This document shows, piece by piece, positions 10,725-19,131 of a DNA stretch of 64,000 nucleotides. The notes beneath the pieces are model-generated. The model searched no databases, was not told the origin of the DNA, and saw only the letters and a program-made list of their open reading frames with translations. The first letter of the stretch is position 1. Each line of letters starts with the position of its first letter. The position numbers and the translations under genes are program-made. This DNA comes from an uncultured Acidobacteriota bacterium (GTDB lineage: Bacteria; Acidobacteriota; Blastocatellia; RBC074), in the NCBI GenBank assembly GCA_902825875.1, contig CADECP010000016.1, forward strand, positions 21,519 through 85,518, read 5' to 3'.

Positions 10725-10919
10725 ACCTAACCTCCTTGAGAAGTAAACAACGGGGGACAAAGTTCGCGTCGCTTACTACTGGCAGGCGGTCGAAAAGCAT
10801 GTCGCAGAATTTTTTGGAGTGCGCGCGACCCGTCGCCGCTTTTTGTTCGCAGGTGAAGGTTTAGGTTGTCAGCAATCGCTCGGCCAGAAATGCCAAAGCT
10901 GCGTCGAGTCGCCGCAGTA

Positions 10920-11843
10920 TCATTTGCTGAGGCGGAAAAAGTAACGGTTGAGTTCTTCGCGCGCGCCTGTCGGATCAATTCCGGTCAGCGTCAGAATGTA
11001 ATCTCCGTTGCTGAATTTGTTGGCAGGAAAAGTGACGGAAACGGTCGTACCGTTCGGGCTGCTGGTCGCACGCGCGGATTGCGAGTTCAAGTTTTGTCTG
11101 CCGCCGACCGCGCGAATGCTGGCTGAGTAACGGCTGTAATCGTTGTTTTCCAATTTTATCTGCAACCGGATTTGCTCAGCGCCGGGCGGCAGTTTCAGCG
11201 TTTGCTGTTCGCCGCCGCGAACTCCCGAAAGCAGAACGAACGAAAACACTGAAGGCAGGAAAGTCGGCTTGGACGATTCGGCGCGCAATTTTTCAAGCTC
11301 CGCGCTCAGTTCCGAGTTGATCTGATTTTGCTGGGCAAGCTGAGCTTCCAGTTCGCGCAGCCGCTGGCGTTCCGCAGTGCGCTCGGTTTCGGATTTGGCA
11401 ATCTGTTGCTGCCAATTGGCCTGTTGATTTTTCAGCCAGACGGTTCCGGCGACGATCAACACAATCGCCGTCGCCGCTGCGCCGAACGCGAATTGCGGCG
11501 CGCGCAAACTGGCCAGCAGCTTTTCCCAAAAGGATTCTTTCGACGAAACAGATTGCGGCGACGATTGTTCGTTGGCTGCTCGCAGCAATTCTTTGGCAAA
11601 AGCCACGCGCTCTCGGTGAGCGGGCGTCGTCAGGTAATGAATCTCGAACTGTTGCCGTTCGGGGTTCGACAACACGCCGCGAACATATTCGTCCACCAAA
11701 TCGGTTTCGATGTTTTGCACTTGTTCCAGCCGGTTGGTGTCAGCGAAAAATTCAGCTTCCAGCGCCAGTTGCTCGGTTTCCGGCAACTCGCCCAGCAGGT
11801 AACGGCGCATCAGGACTTCCTGATTGTCGGTTGTCGTCGTCAT
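10920..11843 (-). CDS. Anti-sigma factor (single-pass membrane protein; N-terminal 'LLGELPETEQLALEAEFF' anti-sigma motif)
   Basis: N-terminal motif typical of anti-sigma factors paired with ECF sigmas in Acidobacteria/Planctomycetes; central TM segment 'FAFGAAATAIVLIVAGTVWL'; immediately downstream of an ECF sigma gene on the same strand. Confidence 0.6.
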   Translation of the reverse strand: MTTTTDNQEVLMRRYLLGELPETEQLALEAEFFADTNRLEQVQNIETDLVDEYVRGVLSNPERQQFEIHYLTTPAHRERVAFAKELLRAANEQSSPQSVSSKESFWEKLLASLRAPQFAFGAAATAIVLIVAGTVWLKNQQANWQQQIAKSETERTAERQRLRELEAQLAQQNQINSELSAELEKLRAESSKPTFLPSVFSFVLLSGVRGGEQQTLKLPPGAEQIRLQIKLENNDYSRYSASIRAVGGRQNLNSQSARATSSPNGTTVSVTFPANKFSNGDYILTLTGIDPTGAREELNRYFFRLSK

Positions 11844-11956
11844 TGTATTTGCCTCAAAGGCGAAATTCGGGAAAGTGCGGAGTTCGGTGATTGGGCAGTT
11901 CGCACTTTCTTAAACTGTACTGGTTTCGGCGACCAATTCATGTCGAAGTTTTTACG

Positions 11957-12559
11957 TCAGCCGCGAAGTTTTTTCCTGGCCAGACATTGCCGAACACATT
12001 GTTCCAATCGGTCGCGTATGCGCTGCACTCGGCTGCGGAGCGCGTTCAGCGGCAAACCCAACTGATCGGCCAGCGCCTGTCGCCCGTCAATTTTTTGTCG
12101 TTTGTCGTGCTGGTAATAACTCAAAACCAGTCGGCGGTTTTCCGGCGGCAATTCGTTCAGACAGCGATCAAAACAGCGTCGCCGTTCGTCATCGTCCGCC
12201 GTTTCGTCGGCTTCGCGCGGATCGGCGACGTTGATCGCTTCGTCAAATTCGGCGCGACGATGTTCCGCGCGTTTGCGAGATTCCAACAGCACCAACCGAG
12301 CAACTCCGTGACAATACGTCGTTGCGTTTTGTAATTCGACGCCTTCGTCCAATTTTCGCGCCACGCGGTTGAATGTTTCGTCGGCCAGCTCTTCGGGGAA
12401 CATCGCGCTCTGCCAGTCGAAGAATTTCACCAGCGCCAGCCGCAGCGATTCGTACTGAGCGGCGGCGCGTTCCGGGTTGGCGTCGAATCCGGCCAGCAAC
12501 CTGGCGAACGCTTCGGCGGTCAACTCCCACTTGGCGCGTGTTGTCGGCGTCGTGCTCAT
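11957..12559 (-). CDS. RNA polymerase sigma-70 factor, ECF subfamily
   Basis: Sigma-70 region 2 and region 4 ('LPPENRRLVLSYYQHDKRQKIDGRQALADQLGLPLNALRSRVQRIRDRL') helix-turn-helix. Confidence 0.75.
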   Translation of the reverse strand: MSTTPTTRAKWELTAEAFARLLAGFDANPERAAAQYESLRLALVKFFDWQSAMFPEELADETFNRVARKLDEGVELQNATTYCHGVARLVLLESRKRAEHRRAEFDEAINVADPREADETADDDERRRCFDRCLNELPPENRRLVLSYYQHDKRQKIDGRQALADQLGLPLNALRSRVQRIRDRLEQCVRQCLARKKLRG

Positions 12560-12717
12560 AAGTAATTTGTGTCGAAGGATTGGGTTTGTACCGCCGCGAT
12601 TATCCGGCCAAACAACAGCAGCGGCAATGGCTGCTGAGTGGGACGATTTTCCAAATCATCCCGGCGATCATTGGCTGAGAACTCTTTCAATCGGTCGCCA
12701 TTCTTGGGTTGATGCAT

Positions 12718-12740
12718 GTGGCAATTTGGAAAATTGCCAC
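12718..12740. promoter_or_regulatory. Perfect 10-bp inverted repeat GTGGCAATTT-GGA-AAATTGCCAC (candidate operator) in the divergent region between the ECF sigma and the cytochrome c peroxidase gene
   Basis: Palindrome read directly from the sequence, about 80 bp upstream of the peroxidase ATG (12820). Confidence 0.3.
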
Positions 12741-12819
12741 ACTGGTCGCTTGGTTGCGTCAGAGTGGGTTCGTTTTCATAATGCGTGCGCTCAACACCGG
12801 AGTTTGGGAGAATCACGAA

Positions 12820-13983
12820 ATGCAGAAGCTTCGATTATCAATTCCTGTTCGCCGATTGCGTTTATTGATTGCGCTGGCTTTCGCGCTGACTGTGTTTGCG
12901 TTGGTTGTACCCGAACTTGCCGCCGAACAGCGATTGCTGAAGCTGGCGATTCCGCTCGGATTGCCTACCGACACTTGGAGCTATTACGTCCCGCGCACCA
13001 ATCCGATGACAGAGGCGAAAGTCGAACTTGGGCGCAAACTGTTTTTCGATGCGCGATTGTCGGCGGACGGCAAAGTTTCCTGCTCAAGCTGTCACGATCC
13101 GAAGCTGGCCTTTGGCGACGGCAAAGCAGTTGCAGAAGGTATCAGCGGCAAACTCGGCACGCGCAATTCGCCAAGTTTGCTGAACGCGATGTTTTACCCG
13201 AATCAATTCTGGGATGGTCGCGCCGAAGGCTTGGAAGATCAGGCGATTCAACCGCTGACCAATCCGATTGAGATGGGTAATGCTTCTTACGATCAAGTCG
13301 TCGCGCGGTTGAAAACGCTGCCGGAATACCGCGCGGAGTTTCAAGTTGTTTTTGGCGGCGAAGTAACCATCGCGCGCGTCGGCCAGGCGATTTCGGCATA
13401 TGAACGCACGCTCGTTTCCGGTGATTCTCCGTTTGACCGCTTCAACGCCGGAGATCAGTCGGCGATGAGCGATGCCGCCAAACGCGGCTTGACGGTTTTT
13501 CGCGGGCGAGCGCGCTGTTCGCGTTGCCATACTTTCAGCGAAGCGTTGCCGTTTTTCACCGACTTCCAGTACCACAACACCGGCGTGGCGACGAACGATC
13601 CGCGATTCGACAAACTTTCGCGCATAGCCTTTAACGCCGTAGACACTGAACAGAGCAAGGAAGTGATTGACGGTTTGGCCAAACAACCCGGCGGCGAAGA
13701 GCTTGGCCGCGTGCGGTTCAGTTACGTGGTGTTCGACATTGGAGCTTTCCGCACGCCTACGCTGCGCAACATCGCGCTGACCGCGCCGTACTTTCACGAC
13801 GGCAGCGCACGCACGCTGGCCGAAGTCGTCAAGTTTTACAACGAAGGCGGAAAGCTGAACGTCGCGCGCGAATGGGATTTGGCTCCGCTGGCATTGACCG
13901 ATCAGGAGCAGCGCGATTTGGTGGCGTTTCTGGAATCCTTGACCGGCAAGCTGCCTGAGAATGTTGTGAGCCAACACCGATGA
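12820..13983 (+). CDS. Di-haem cytochrome c peroxidase (CCP/MauG family)
   Basis: Two CxxCH haem motifs ('CSSCHD', 'CSRCHT'), N-terminal signal peptide starting MQKLRLSIPV; GGAG Shine-Dalgarno 10 nt upstream of the ATG at 12820. The track ORF from 12709 carries an unsupported N-terminal extension. Confidence 0.85.
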   Translation: MQKLRLSIPVRRLRLLIALAFALTVFALVVPELAAEQRLLKLAIPLGLPTDTWSYYVPRTNPMTEAKVELGRKLFFDARLSADGKVSCSSCHDPKLAFGDGKAVAEGISGKLGTRNSPSLLNAMFYPNQFWDGRAEGLEDQAIQPLTNPIEMGNASYDQVVARLKTLPEYRAEFQVVFGGEVTIARVGQAISAYERTLVSGDSPFDRFNAGDQSAMSDAAKRGLTVFRGRARCSRCHTFSEALPFFTDFQYHNTGVATNDPRFDKLSRIAFNAVDTEQSKEVIDGLAKQPGGEELGRVRFSYVVFDIGAFRTPTLRNIALTAPYFHDGSARTLAEVVKFYNEGGKLNVAREWDLAPLALTDQEQRDLVAFLESLTGKLPENVVSQHR

Positions 13984-14123
13984 GATTGAGGTCATTAGCC
14001 ATTGACCATTGCGCATTAACCATTAACGGTCAGGGTAAGTTCGTTTTTTACCTGCATGGTAATGTTCAATGGCCAATGGGTAATGGCTAATTTCATTGCT
14101 GCCAGCCTGAAGCGAGCTTTTTA

Positions 14124-14594
14124 GTGATGACCAATCAACAGATAGCTGAAGTCTTCCGCCGTCTGGCCAGCCTGCTGGAACTGCGCGGAGAGAATTTTTT
14201 CAAAGTCCGATCCTATCAATCCGCCGCCGACACGATTGAAGACTGGCCTCAGCCTCTGGCCGAACTCATCGCCGAACAAGGAGCCGCCGCTTTGCGAGAA
14301 CTGCCCGGCATCGGCGAAGCCATCAGCAAAAAGATTGTGGATTTGCTCAGCACCGGCAGCTTCAAACTATGGGACGAAGTCCGCGACGAAATTCCCGAAA
14401 GCACGTTGGACTTGTTGCAAGTGGACGGCATAGGCATGAAAACGCTGAAGGTGCTGTACCACCAGTTTTGCCTGACCAACCTGGATGACTTCGCCAAATT
14501 CGTTGCCGGTGGAGGCTTGGACAGCGTGCCGGGACTCGGCGAAAAACTGCAAGCACGCATCCGAAACTCCATCGCTCAACTCAGCGACCAATGA
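14124..14594 (+). CDS. DNA polymerase X family N-terminal domain only (helix-hairpin-helix '8 kDa + fingers' region); likely a truncated PolX remnant or a stand-alone HhH protein
   Basis: 156 aa matching the PolX N-terminus ('[22 protein letters not shown]', '[15 protein letters not shown]'); lacks the palm/thumb and PHP domains (full PolX is about 570 aa). The gene ends directly at a MITE-like repeat. Confidence 0.55.
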   Translation: MMTNQQIAEVFRRLASLLELRGENFFKVRSYQSAADTIEDWPQPLAELIAEQGAAALRELPGIGEAISKKIVDLLSTGSFKLWDEVRDEIPESTLDLLQVDGIGMKTLKVLYHQFCLTNLDDFAKFVAGGGLDSVPGLGEKLQARIRNSIAQLSDQ

Positions 14595-14639
14595 TGCTGA
14601 TGTTACGTGCTAAAGAAATGAACTTTGGGCTTGAGCCGG

Positions 14640-14840
14640 TTTTCGTCCCGGCAGGGACGGTTTGACGATAGCCCGGCAGTTCACTGCCGGGAAAGCAGCG
14701 AATGAATCGGCGTCCTGTAGGGACGCTTGAATTTCCGTCAGAGCAAGATTCAAGCGTCCCTACAGGACGCGGCAGAAAGGCTCTGCTACCCGGCGATGAA
14801 TCGCCGGGCTAATTTCAACCGTCCCTATCGGGACGAAGAA
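14640..14840 (+). mobile_element. MITE-like structured repeat (family 1), copy 1: about 200 bp with about 25-bp terminal inverted repeats (ttttcgtcccggcagggacggtttga ... tcaaccgtccctatcgggacgaagaa) and three internal hairpins
   Basis: Near-identical, inverted copy at 44135-44343. Internal palindromes cccggcagttcactgccggg, cgtcctgtagggacg...cgtccctacaggacg and ccggcgatgaatcgccgg. Confidence 0.6.
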
Positions 14841-14887
14841 GCTGGCAAATGCTTTGCTTGATCTGACATTGCATAGCATCAATGAAG

Positions 14888-17800
14888 TTACCTCGCGCGC
14901 CATAACCGCGCAGTGCGGTCGCCACTGGCGGAAAGCAGCGTCTGGCCGTCGGGCGAAAAGGCTACGGAATAGACTTCGCCTTGATGGCCTTTCAGAGTCA
15001 GCAGTTCCTGCCGCGTCAGCAGGTCCCACAGTTTGATGGTGCGGTCAGTGCTGGCCGAAGCCAGTCGCCGCCCGTCGGGGGAAAAGGCTACGGAATAAAC
15101 CGAATCGGAATGCGCGTCCAGCCTTGAAAGCTCGCGCCCGGTCGCAACATCCCACAGCCTGACGGTGCGGTCGCGGCTGCCCGAAGCGAGCGTGCGACCA
15201 TCGGGCGAAAACGCCAGCTTCCAAATTTCGCTTTGATGACCGGTCAGCGTTCCCAATTCCTGCCCGGTTTCTGCGTTCCACAATTTGATGATTTGATCGC
15301 CGCCTGCGGTCGCCAGCAATTTCCCATCCGGTGAATACCTGGCAGAGCGCACCATTCCAGAATGCCCGATCAAAGTGGCGCGAAGCTGTCCGCTGCCAGA
15401 ATCCAGAATGCGGACGCCATACACAGGAGTCGTGGCATTGGATTTTTCATCATAACCCGCAACCACCAATTGGCGGCCATCGGGCGAAAAAGAGACAGAA
15501 AGGATGTCTCGCTGAAATGCCTTAAGCTTGAGCACCTGATTTCCTGAAGCAGCGTCCCACACGATGACCGAGCCGTGCCGGTCAGCAGAAGCCAGTCGCG
15601 TTCCATCGGGCGAAAACGCGACTGATTGAACCCAGAAGTCATGCCCGGTCAGCGTTTTCGAGGCTTGCCCGCCGGCGACATCCCACAATTTGATCGTTTT
15701 GTCGTCACCAGCCGTCGCAATGATTTTGCCGTCAGGCGAAAATGCTGCCACGTCCACTTCGTCGGTGTGACCGGTCAGTTCGGTGAAGGCTTGGGAGTTG
15801 GCCGTCATATCCCAGAGCTTAACCGTGTGATCGTCGCTGGCCGTCGCCAACGTTTGTCCGTCGGGCGAAAACGCCAGCGAATACACTTTGCCGCCGTGTC
15901 CACGAATCGTGCCGAGTTCGCGCCGTGTCGCCACATCCCACAATTTGACAAAGCGATCTTCGCTGCCTGAAGCCAGCGTCTGGCCGTCGGGCGAAAACGC
16001 AACGGCCCGAATCATCTGGTTGTGGCCGGTCAGCGAAGCCGCTTCGCGCCAGTTGTTTGTGTCCCACAATTTGATTGCTTGATCCGCACCAGCGCTTGCC
16101 AGCAAGTTTCCATTTGGCGAAAAGGAGATGGTGAGGACTCGATCCCGATGGCTTTTCAAAACCGTTATGGGTTGGCTTGGTGGTATGGTCGCCTTATCGG
16201 CATTACAACCATCTATGTCCCACTTAATGTGTAATTCACCATTACCCGCCCACATTGGCCAACAGCTTCGATGGCATGTTTGCGTAATGTAGGGCGAATA
16301 TCTGACAGGGATTTTCCAAATCCTCACCGAACTGTCATCACTTCCTGAAGCGACCCAACGGTTGTCAGAAGAAAACGACAAGGCGGAAATTGCAGATTGA
16401 TGACCATTGAGAAAAACGAACACCGGCTCTGACGCAAACTTGAACAGTTGTATTTGTTTGGCGTAACTGGCGGATGCAAGCCATTGCCCGTCGGGTGAGT
16501 AGGTCAGCTTCAAAACGCTGGCGTCTTGGCCATACATCTTCCACAGCAATTTGCCACTGGCGACTTCCCAAAAAACTATGCGGGGTTCTTCTCCGCCAGT
16601 GACCAAGGTTTTTCCATCAGGTGAAAACACAACAGAAAGAATTTGCCCGGTGTGCAGTTTCAACTCTCGCAGCAATCGCCCAGTCGCGGAATTCCAGAGC
16701 CTTGCCACGTTGTCCCCGCCGCCGGTTGCCAGCATTGAACCATCCGGCGAATAAGCGACTGCACGGACTTCGTGCGGATGCGGCAACGTCAGCCGCAGAT
16801 TCTGGCGAACCAGCCGCCGCAGGTAATGCCATTCAAAGCCGCGCAAATCTTCTTCGCCGGGTTGCGGCAGATTGGCTTCCACCAGTTGTTCGGTGCGCGT
16901 GATGTTGGCGGCGTCCCAGGCTTGTCCGGCCAGATTCATTTGTGCGGCATACAGCAACCGGCGATTCAAGCGCGCCTGTTCCGTCGCTCGCCGAGCTTGC
17001 CAGGTGGCGACGATGGTTCCGGCCAGCAACGCCAACGCGACTGCCGCCGTTGCCGCGACCAGCAGTTTGTTGCGGCGCACGAACTTTCCGGCGCGATACC
17101 GCAGCGTGATGGTTTGCGCCTGAACCGGTTGACCTTCCAGATGGCGGCGAATGTCGTCGTGGAATTGCTGGACGCTTTGATACCGGCGCTCCGGCTCTTT
17201 TTGCAGCGCCGTCAGCAAAATGCCGTCCAGGTCGCCGCGCAAATTGCCACGCAGGTCGGTAGACCCGGCGCGGCGGCTGGGCGGAATCGGTTCCTCGTCG
17301 CACACCACGCGAATGAGTTCGGGCAAGCTGCGGTCTTTGAATTCGTAAGGCGATTGGCCGGTCAGCAGTTGGTACAGCACCACGCCCAGGCTGTAAACAT
17401 CGCTGGCCGTGTTGACCGGCTGGCCGCGCATTTGTTCGGGGCTGGCATATTCGGGAGTCATCAATAACGCGCCGGTCGTTGTTTGCGCGGTCAAACCGTG
17501 CCGCTCCGCGTCGAGCAGTTTGGCGATGCCGAAATCCAGCAGCTTCACCGCGCCATCTTCCGTTACCAGAATGTTGCCCGGCTTCAGGTCGCGGTGGATG
17601 ACCAGGTTTTGGTGAGCGTATTGAACTGCCGAACAGACTTGTTGAAACAGCGTCAGCCGTTCGGCGATGGACAGTAGGCGCGCGCGGCAATACTGAGTGA
17701 TCGGTTGGCCGGTGACGTGCTCCATCACGAAGTAAGGCCGCCCGTCTTCGGTGGTTCCGCCGTCGTAAAGTTGCGCGATGTTGGGATGGTGCAGGTTGGC

Positions 17801-18211
17801 CAGGATTTGCCGCTCGCGGCGAAAGCGGCGAATGATTTCCGCCTGATTAACGCCCGGCCAGAGCAATTTGATGGCGACTTGTTGGCGATATTGCTGATCG
17901 GTGCGTTCGGCCAGACAAACAATGCCCATTCCGCCACGCCCCAGTTCGCGAATGATTTGATACGGCCCGACACGGCTTCCCGCCAAAGATTGAGACAGTT
18001 TGGCGTCCAACACCTCAGCCATTGCTTCGGCAGGCGCGGATTCCAGAAAATCTTCCACACTTTCATCCGCCGCCAGCAATTGTTCGACTTCGCGGCGCAA
18101 GGTTGCGTCGCCGTTGCAGGAGTTTTCCAGAAATGCCGCACGTTCGTCGGCGGGCAGTTCCAGCGCGGCTTCCAGCAGTTGATCTATTTGTTGCCAGCGA
18201 GTTGGAGTCAC
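14888..18211 (-). CDS. Serine/threonine protein kinase with a long C-terminal WD40 beta-propeller array
   Basis: Hanks kinase motifs ('GRGGMGIVCLA', 'HRDLKPGNILV', 'DFGIAK', 'SPEQ'), TM segment, then more than 14 WD40 repeats ('LSVAFSPDGxxLASxSxDxTxKLWD'). Preferred start is the GTG at 18211 (MTPTRWQQIDQLL...), overlapping the upstream sigma gene stop as GTGA. Alternative start is the ATG at 18265. Confidence 0.85.
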   Translation of the reverse strand: MTPTRWQQIDQLLEAALELPADERAAFLENSCNGDATLRREVEQLLAADESVEDFLESAPAEAMAEVLDAKLSQSLAGSRVGPYQIIRELGRGGMGIVCLAERTDQQYRQQVAIKLLWPGVNQAEIIRRFRRERQILANLHHPNIAQLYDGGTTEDGRPYFVMEHVTGQPITQYCRARLLSIAERLTLFQQVCSAVQYAHQNLVIHRDLKPGNILVTEDGAVKLLDFGIAKLLDAERHGLTAQTTTGALLMTPEYASPEQMRGQPVNTASDVYSLGVVLYQLLTGQSPYEFKDRSLPELIRVVCDEEPIPPSRRAGSTDLRGNLRGDLDGILLTALQKEPERRYQSVQQFHDDIRRHLEGQPVQAQTITLRYRAGKFVRRNKLLVAATAAVALALLAGTIVATWQARRATEQARLNRRLLYAAQMNLAGQAWDAANITRTEQLVEANLPQPGEEDLRGFEWHYLRRLVRQNLRLTLPHPHEVRAVAYSPDGSMLATGGGDNVARLWNSATGRLLRELKLHTGQILSVVFSPDGKTLVTGGEEPRIVFWEVASGKLLWKMYGQDASVLKLTYSPDGQWLASASYAKQIQLFKFASEPVFVFLNGHQSAISALSFSSDNRWVASGSDDSSVRIWKIPVRYSPYITQTCHRSCWPMWAGNGELHIKWDIDGCNADKATIPPSQPITVLKSHRDRVLTISFSPNGNLLASAGADQAIKLWDTNNWREAASLTGHNQMIRAVAFSPDGQTLASGSEDRFVKLWDVATRRELGTIRGHGGKVYSLAFSPDGQTLATASDDHTVKLWDMTANSQAFTELTGHTDEVDVAAFSPDGKIIATAGDDKTIKLWDVAGGQASKTLTGHDFWVQSVAFSPDGTRLASADRHGSVIVWDAASGNQVLKLKAFQRDILSVSFSPDGRQLVVAGYDEKSNATTPVYGVRILDSGSGQLRATLIGHSGMVRSARYSPDGKLLATAGGDQIIKLWNAETGQELGTLTGHQSEIWKLAFSPDGRTLASGSRDRTVRLWDVATGRELSRLDAHSDSVYSVAFSPDGRRLASASTDRTIKLWDLLTRQELLTLKGHQGEVYSVAFSPDGQTLLSASGDRTARLWRAR

Positions 18212-18786
18212 GGCGCTCCTTGAGGTTGCAGTTCTTTGTACAGCCAGAGCTTGGCCCTGGCCCATTCGCGTTTGACGGTGATGGAGGCAATACCCAACAC
18301 TTCGGCGACTTCTTCTACCGTCAATCCGCCGAAATACCGAAGCTCGACGATGCGGCTTTTTTGTTTGTCGAAATTCGCCAGCCGGTTGAGCGCGTCATCC
18401 AGCGCCAGCAAGTCGGCAGAACGATCCGGCGCTACCAAGGCCACCTCATCCAACGACAATCGTTGCGCGCCACCGCCTTGTTTGACCTGCTGGCGTTCCC
18501 GCGCGTGATCCACCAACAGATGCCGCATGACTTGCGAAGCGACGGCAAAAAAATGCGCGCGATCCTGCCATTCGACTTGTTGCTGATTGACCAATCGCAA
18601 ATAAGCTTCGTTGACCAGTTCAGTCGTTTGCCAGGTATGACCTTGCCTTTCACGGCTCATGATGCGTTTAGCCAGACCATGCAGTTCCGTTTGCACCAGC
18701 GGCAACAATTGATCGAGCGCCGTTTTGTCGCCCGCCCGCCAGGCTTGCAGCAATTGCGTTACCGAAGTCGGGGAAGCTTCAGACAT
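18208..18786 (-). CDS. ECF sigma factor of the kinase-associated type (TIGR02999-like; 'LLQAWRAGDKTALDQLLPLV' N-terminus)
   Basis: Sigma-70 regions 2 and 4 ('LRYFGGLTVEEVAEVLGIASITVKREW'). Immediately upstream of, and overlapping, a Ser/Thr kinase gene, as is typical for this ECF group. Confidence 0.8.
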   Translation of the reverse strand: MSEASPTSVTQLLQAWRAGDKTALDQLLPLVQTELHGLAKRIMSRERQGHTWQTTELVNEAYLRLVNQQQVEWQDRAHFFAVASQVMRHLLVDHARERQQVKQGGGAQRLSLDEVALVAPDRSADLLALDDALNRLANFDKQKSRIVELRYFGGLTVEEVAEVLGIASITVKREWARAKLWLYKELQPQGAP

Positions 18787-19007
18787 TTGTGTATTTTCTC
18801 CCAGAAGTAATGCAGATGGATTGTGTGAGCAAAGTGTAGCAACAGTACCGCTGCATCTTCTACCTGTAGAGACGCCAAGCCATGAAAAAAATTACCGCCG
18901 GGTGAGACGCCGCACTCCGCTTTTTTCGCTATAGCGAGTGCAGGCGGAACTACTCAGCCGCCTGGCAGTCAGTCAAACAGAACTTACGAATACGAAAATG
19001 ATGCTGT

Positions 19008-19079
19008 GTCAGTAGCCCGACCGTCAGGAAGGGCTTGGGTTTGATGTGAAAAGCCCTTGCTCACGCGCGGGCTACTGAC
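19008..19079 (+). promoter_or_regulatory. Nested stem-loop in the 5' leader/divergent promoter region of the giant Kelch-LamG-Ig protein gene
   Basis: 12-bp perfect inverted repeat gtcagtagcccg...cgggctactgac enclosing an inner 8-bp stem aagggctt...aagccctt. GGGAGGA Shine-Dalgarno at 19118-19124. Confidence 0.4.
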
Positions 19080-19131
19080 ATTTGCGTAGTCGTATTGAAG
19101 ATCAACCTCGGCAACCCACACGGGAGGAATT

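Noticed and set aside
10795-10850. Plus-strand terminator-like hairpin (gcgcgacccgtcgccgc plus tttttgttcg) between the anti-sigma gene and the giant gene
   Set aside because: No plus-strand gene reads into it (the upstream plus strand is antisense to the giant gene). At most it is a weak bidirectional element, so it is not reported as a feature.
12709-12819. Upstream extensions of track ORFs (12709 for the peroxidase, 26125 for Rpn, 27524 for GT-C, 49944 for LysR, 30213 for GT2, 34744 for mogA, 18265 for the kinase)
   Set aside because: The extensions overlap neighbouring genes or intergenic repeats and lack homology. Internal ATG/GTG starts have Shine-Dalgarno sequences and match conserved protein N-termini.
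14600-14860. Possible CRISPR array or tRNA, because of the many short inverted and direct repeats and a 'gggtagagg' motif
   Set aside because: Repeats are palindromic and not regularly spaced around unique spacers. No cloverleaf with anticodon stem or T-loop (GTTCGA/ATCC) could be assembled. Better explained as a MITE-like element.
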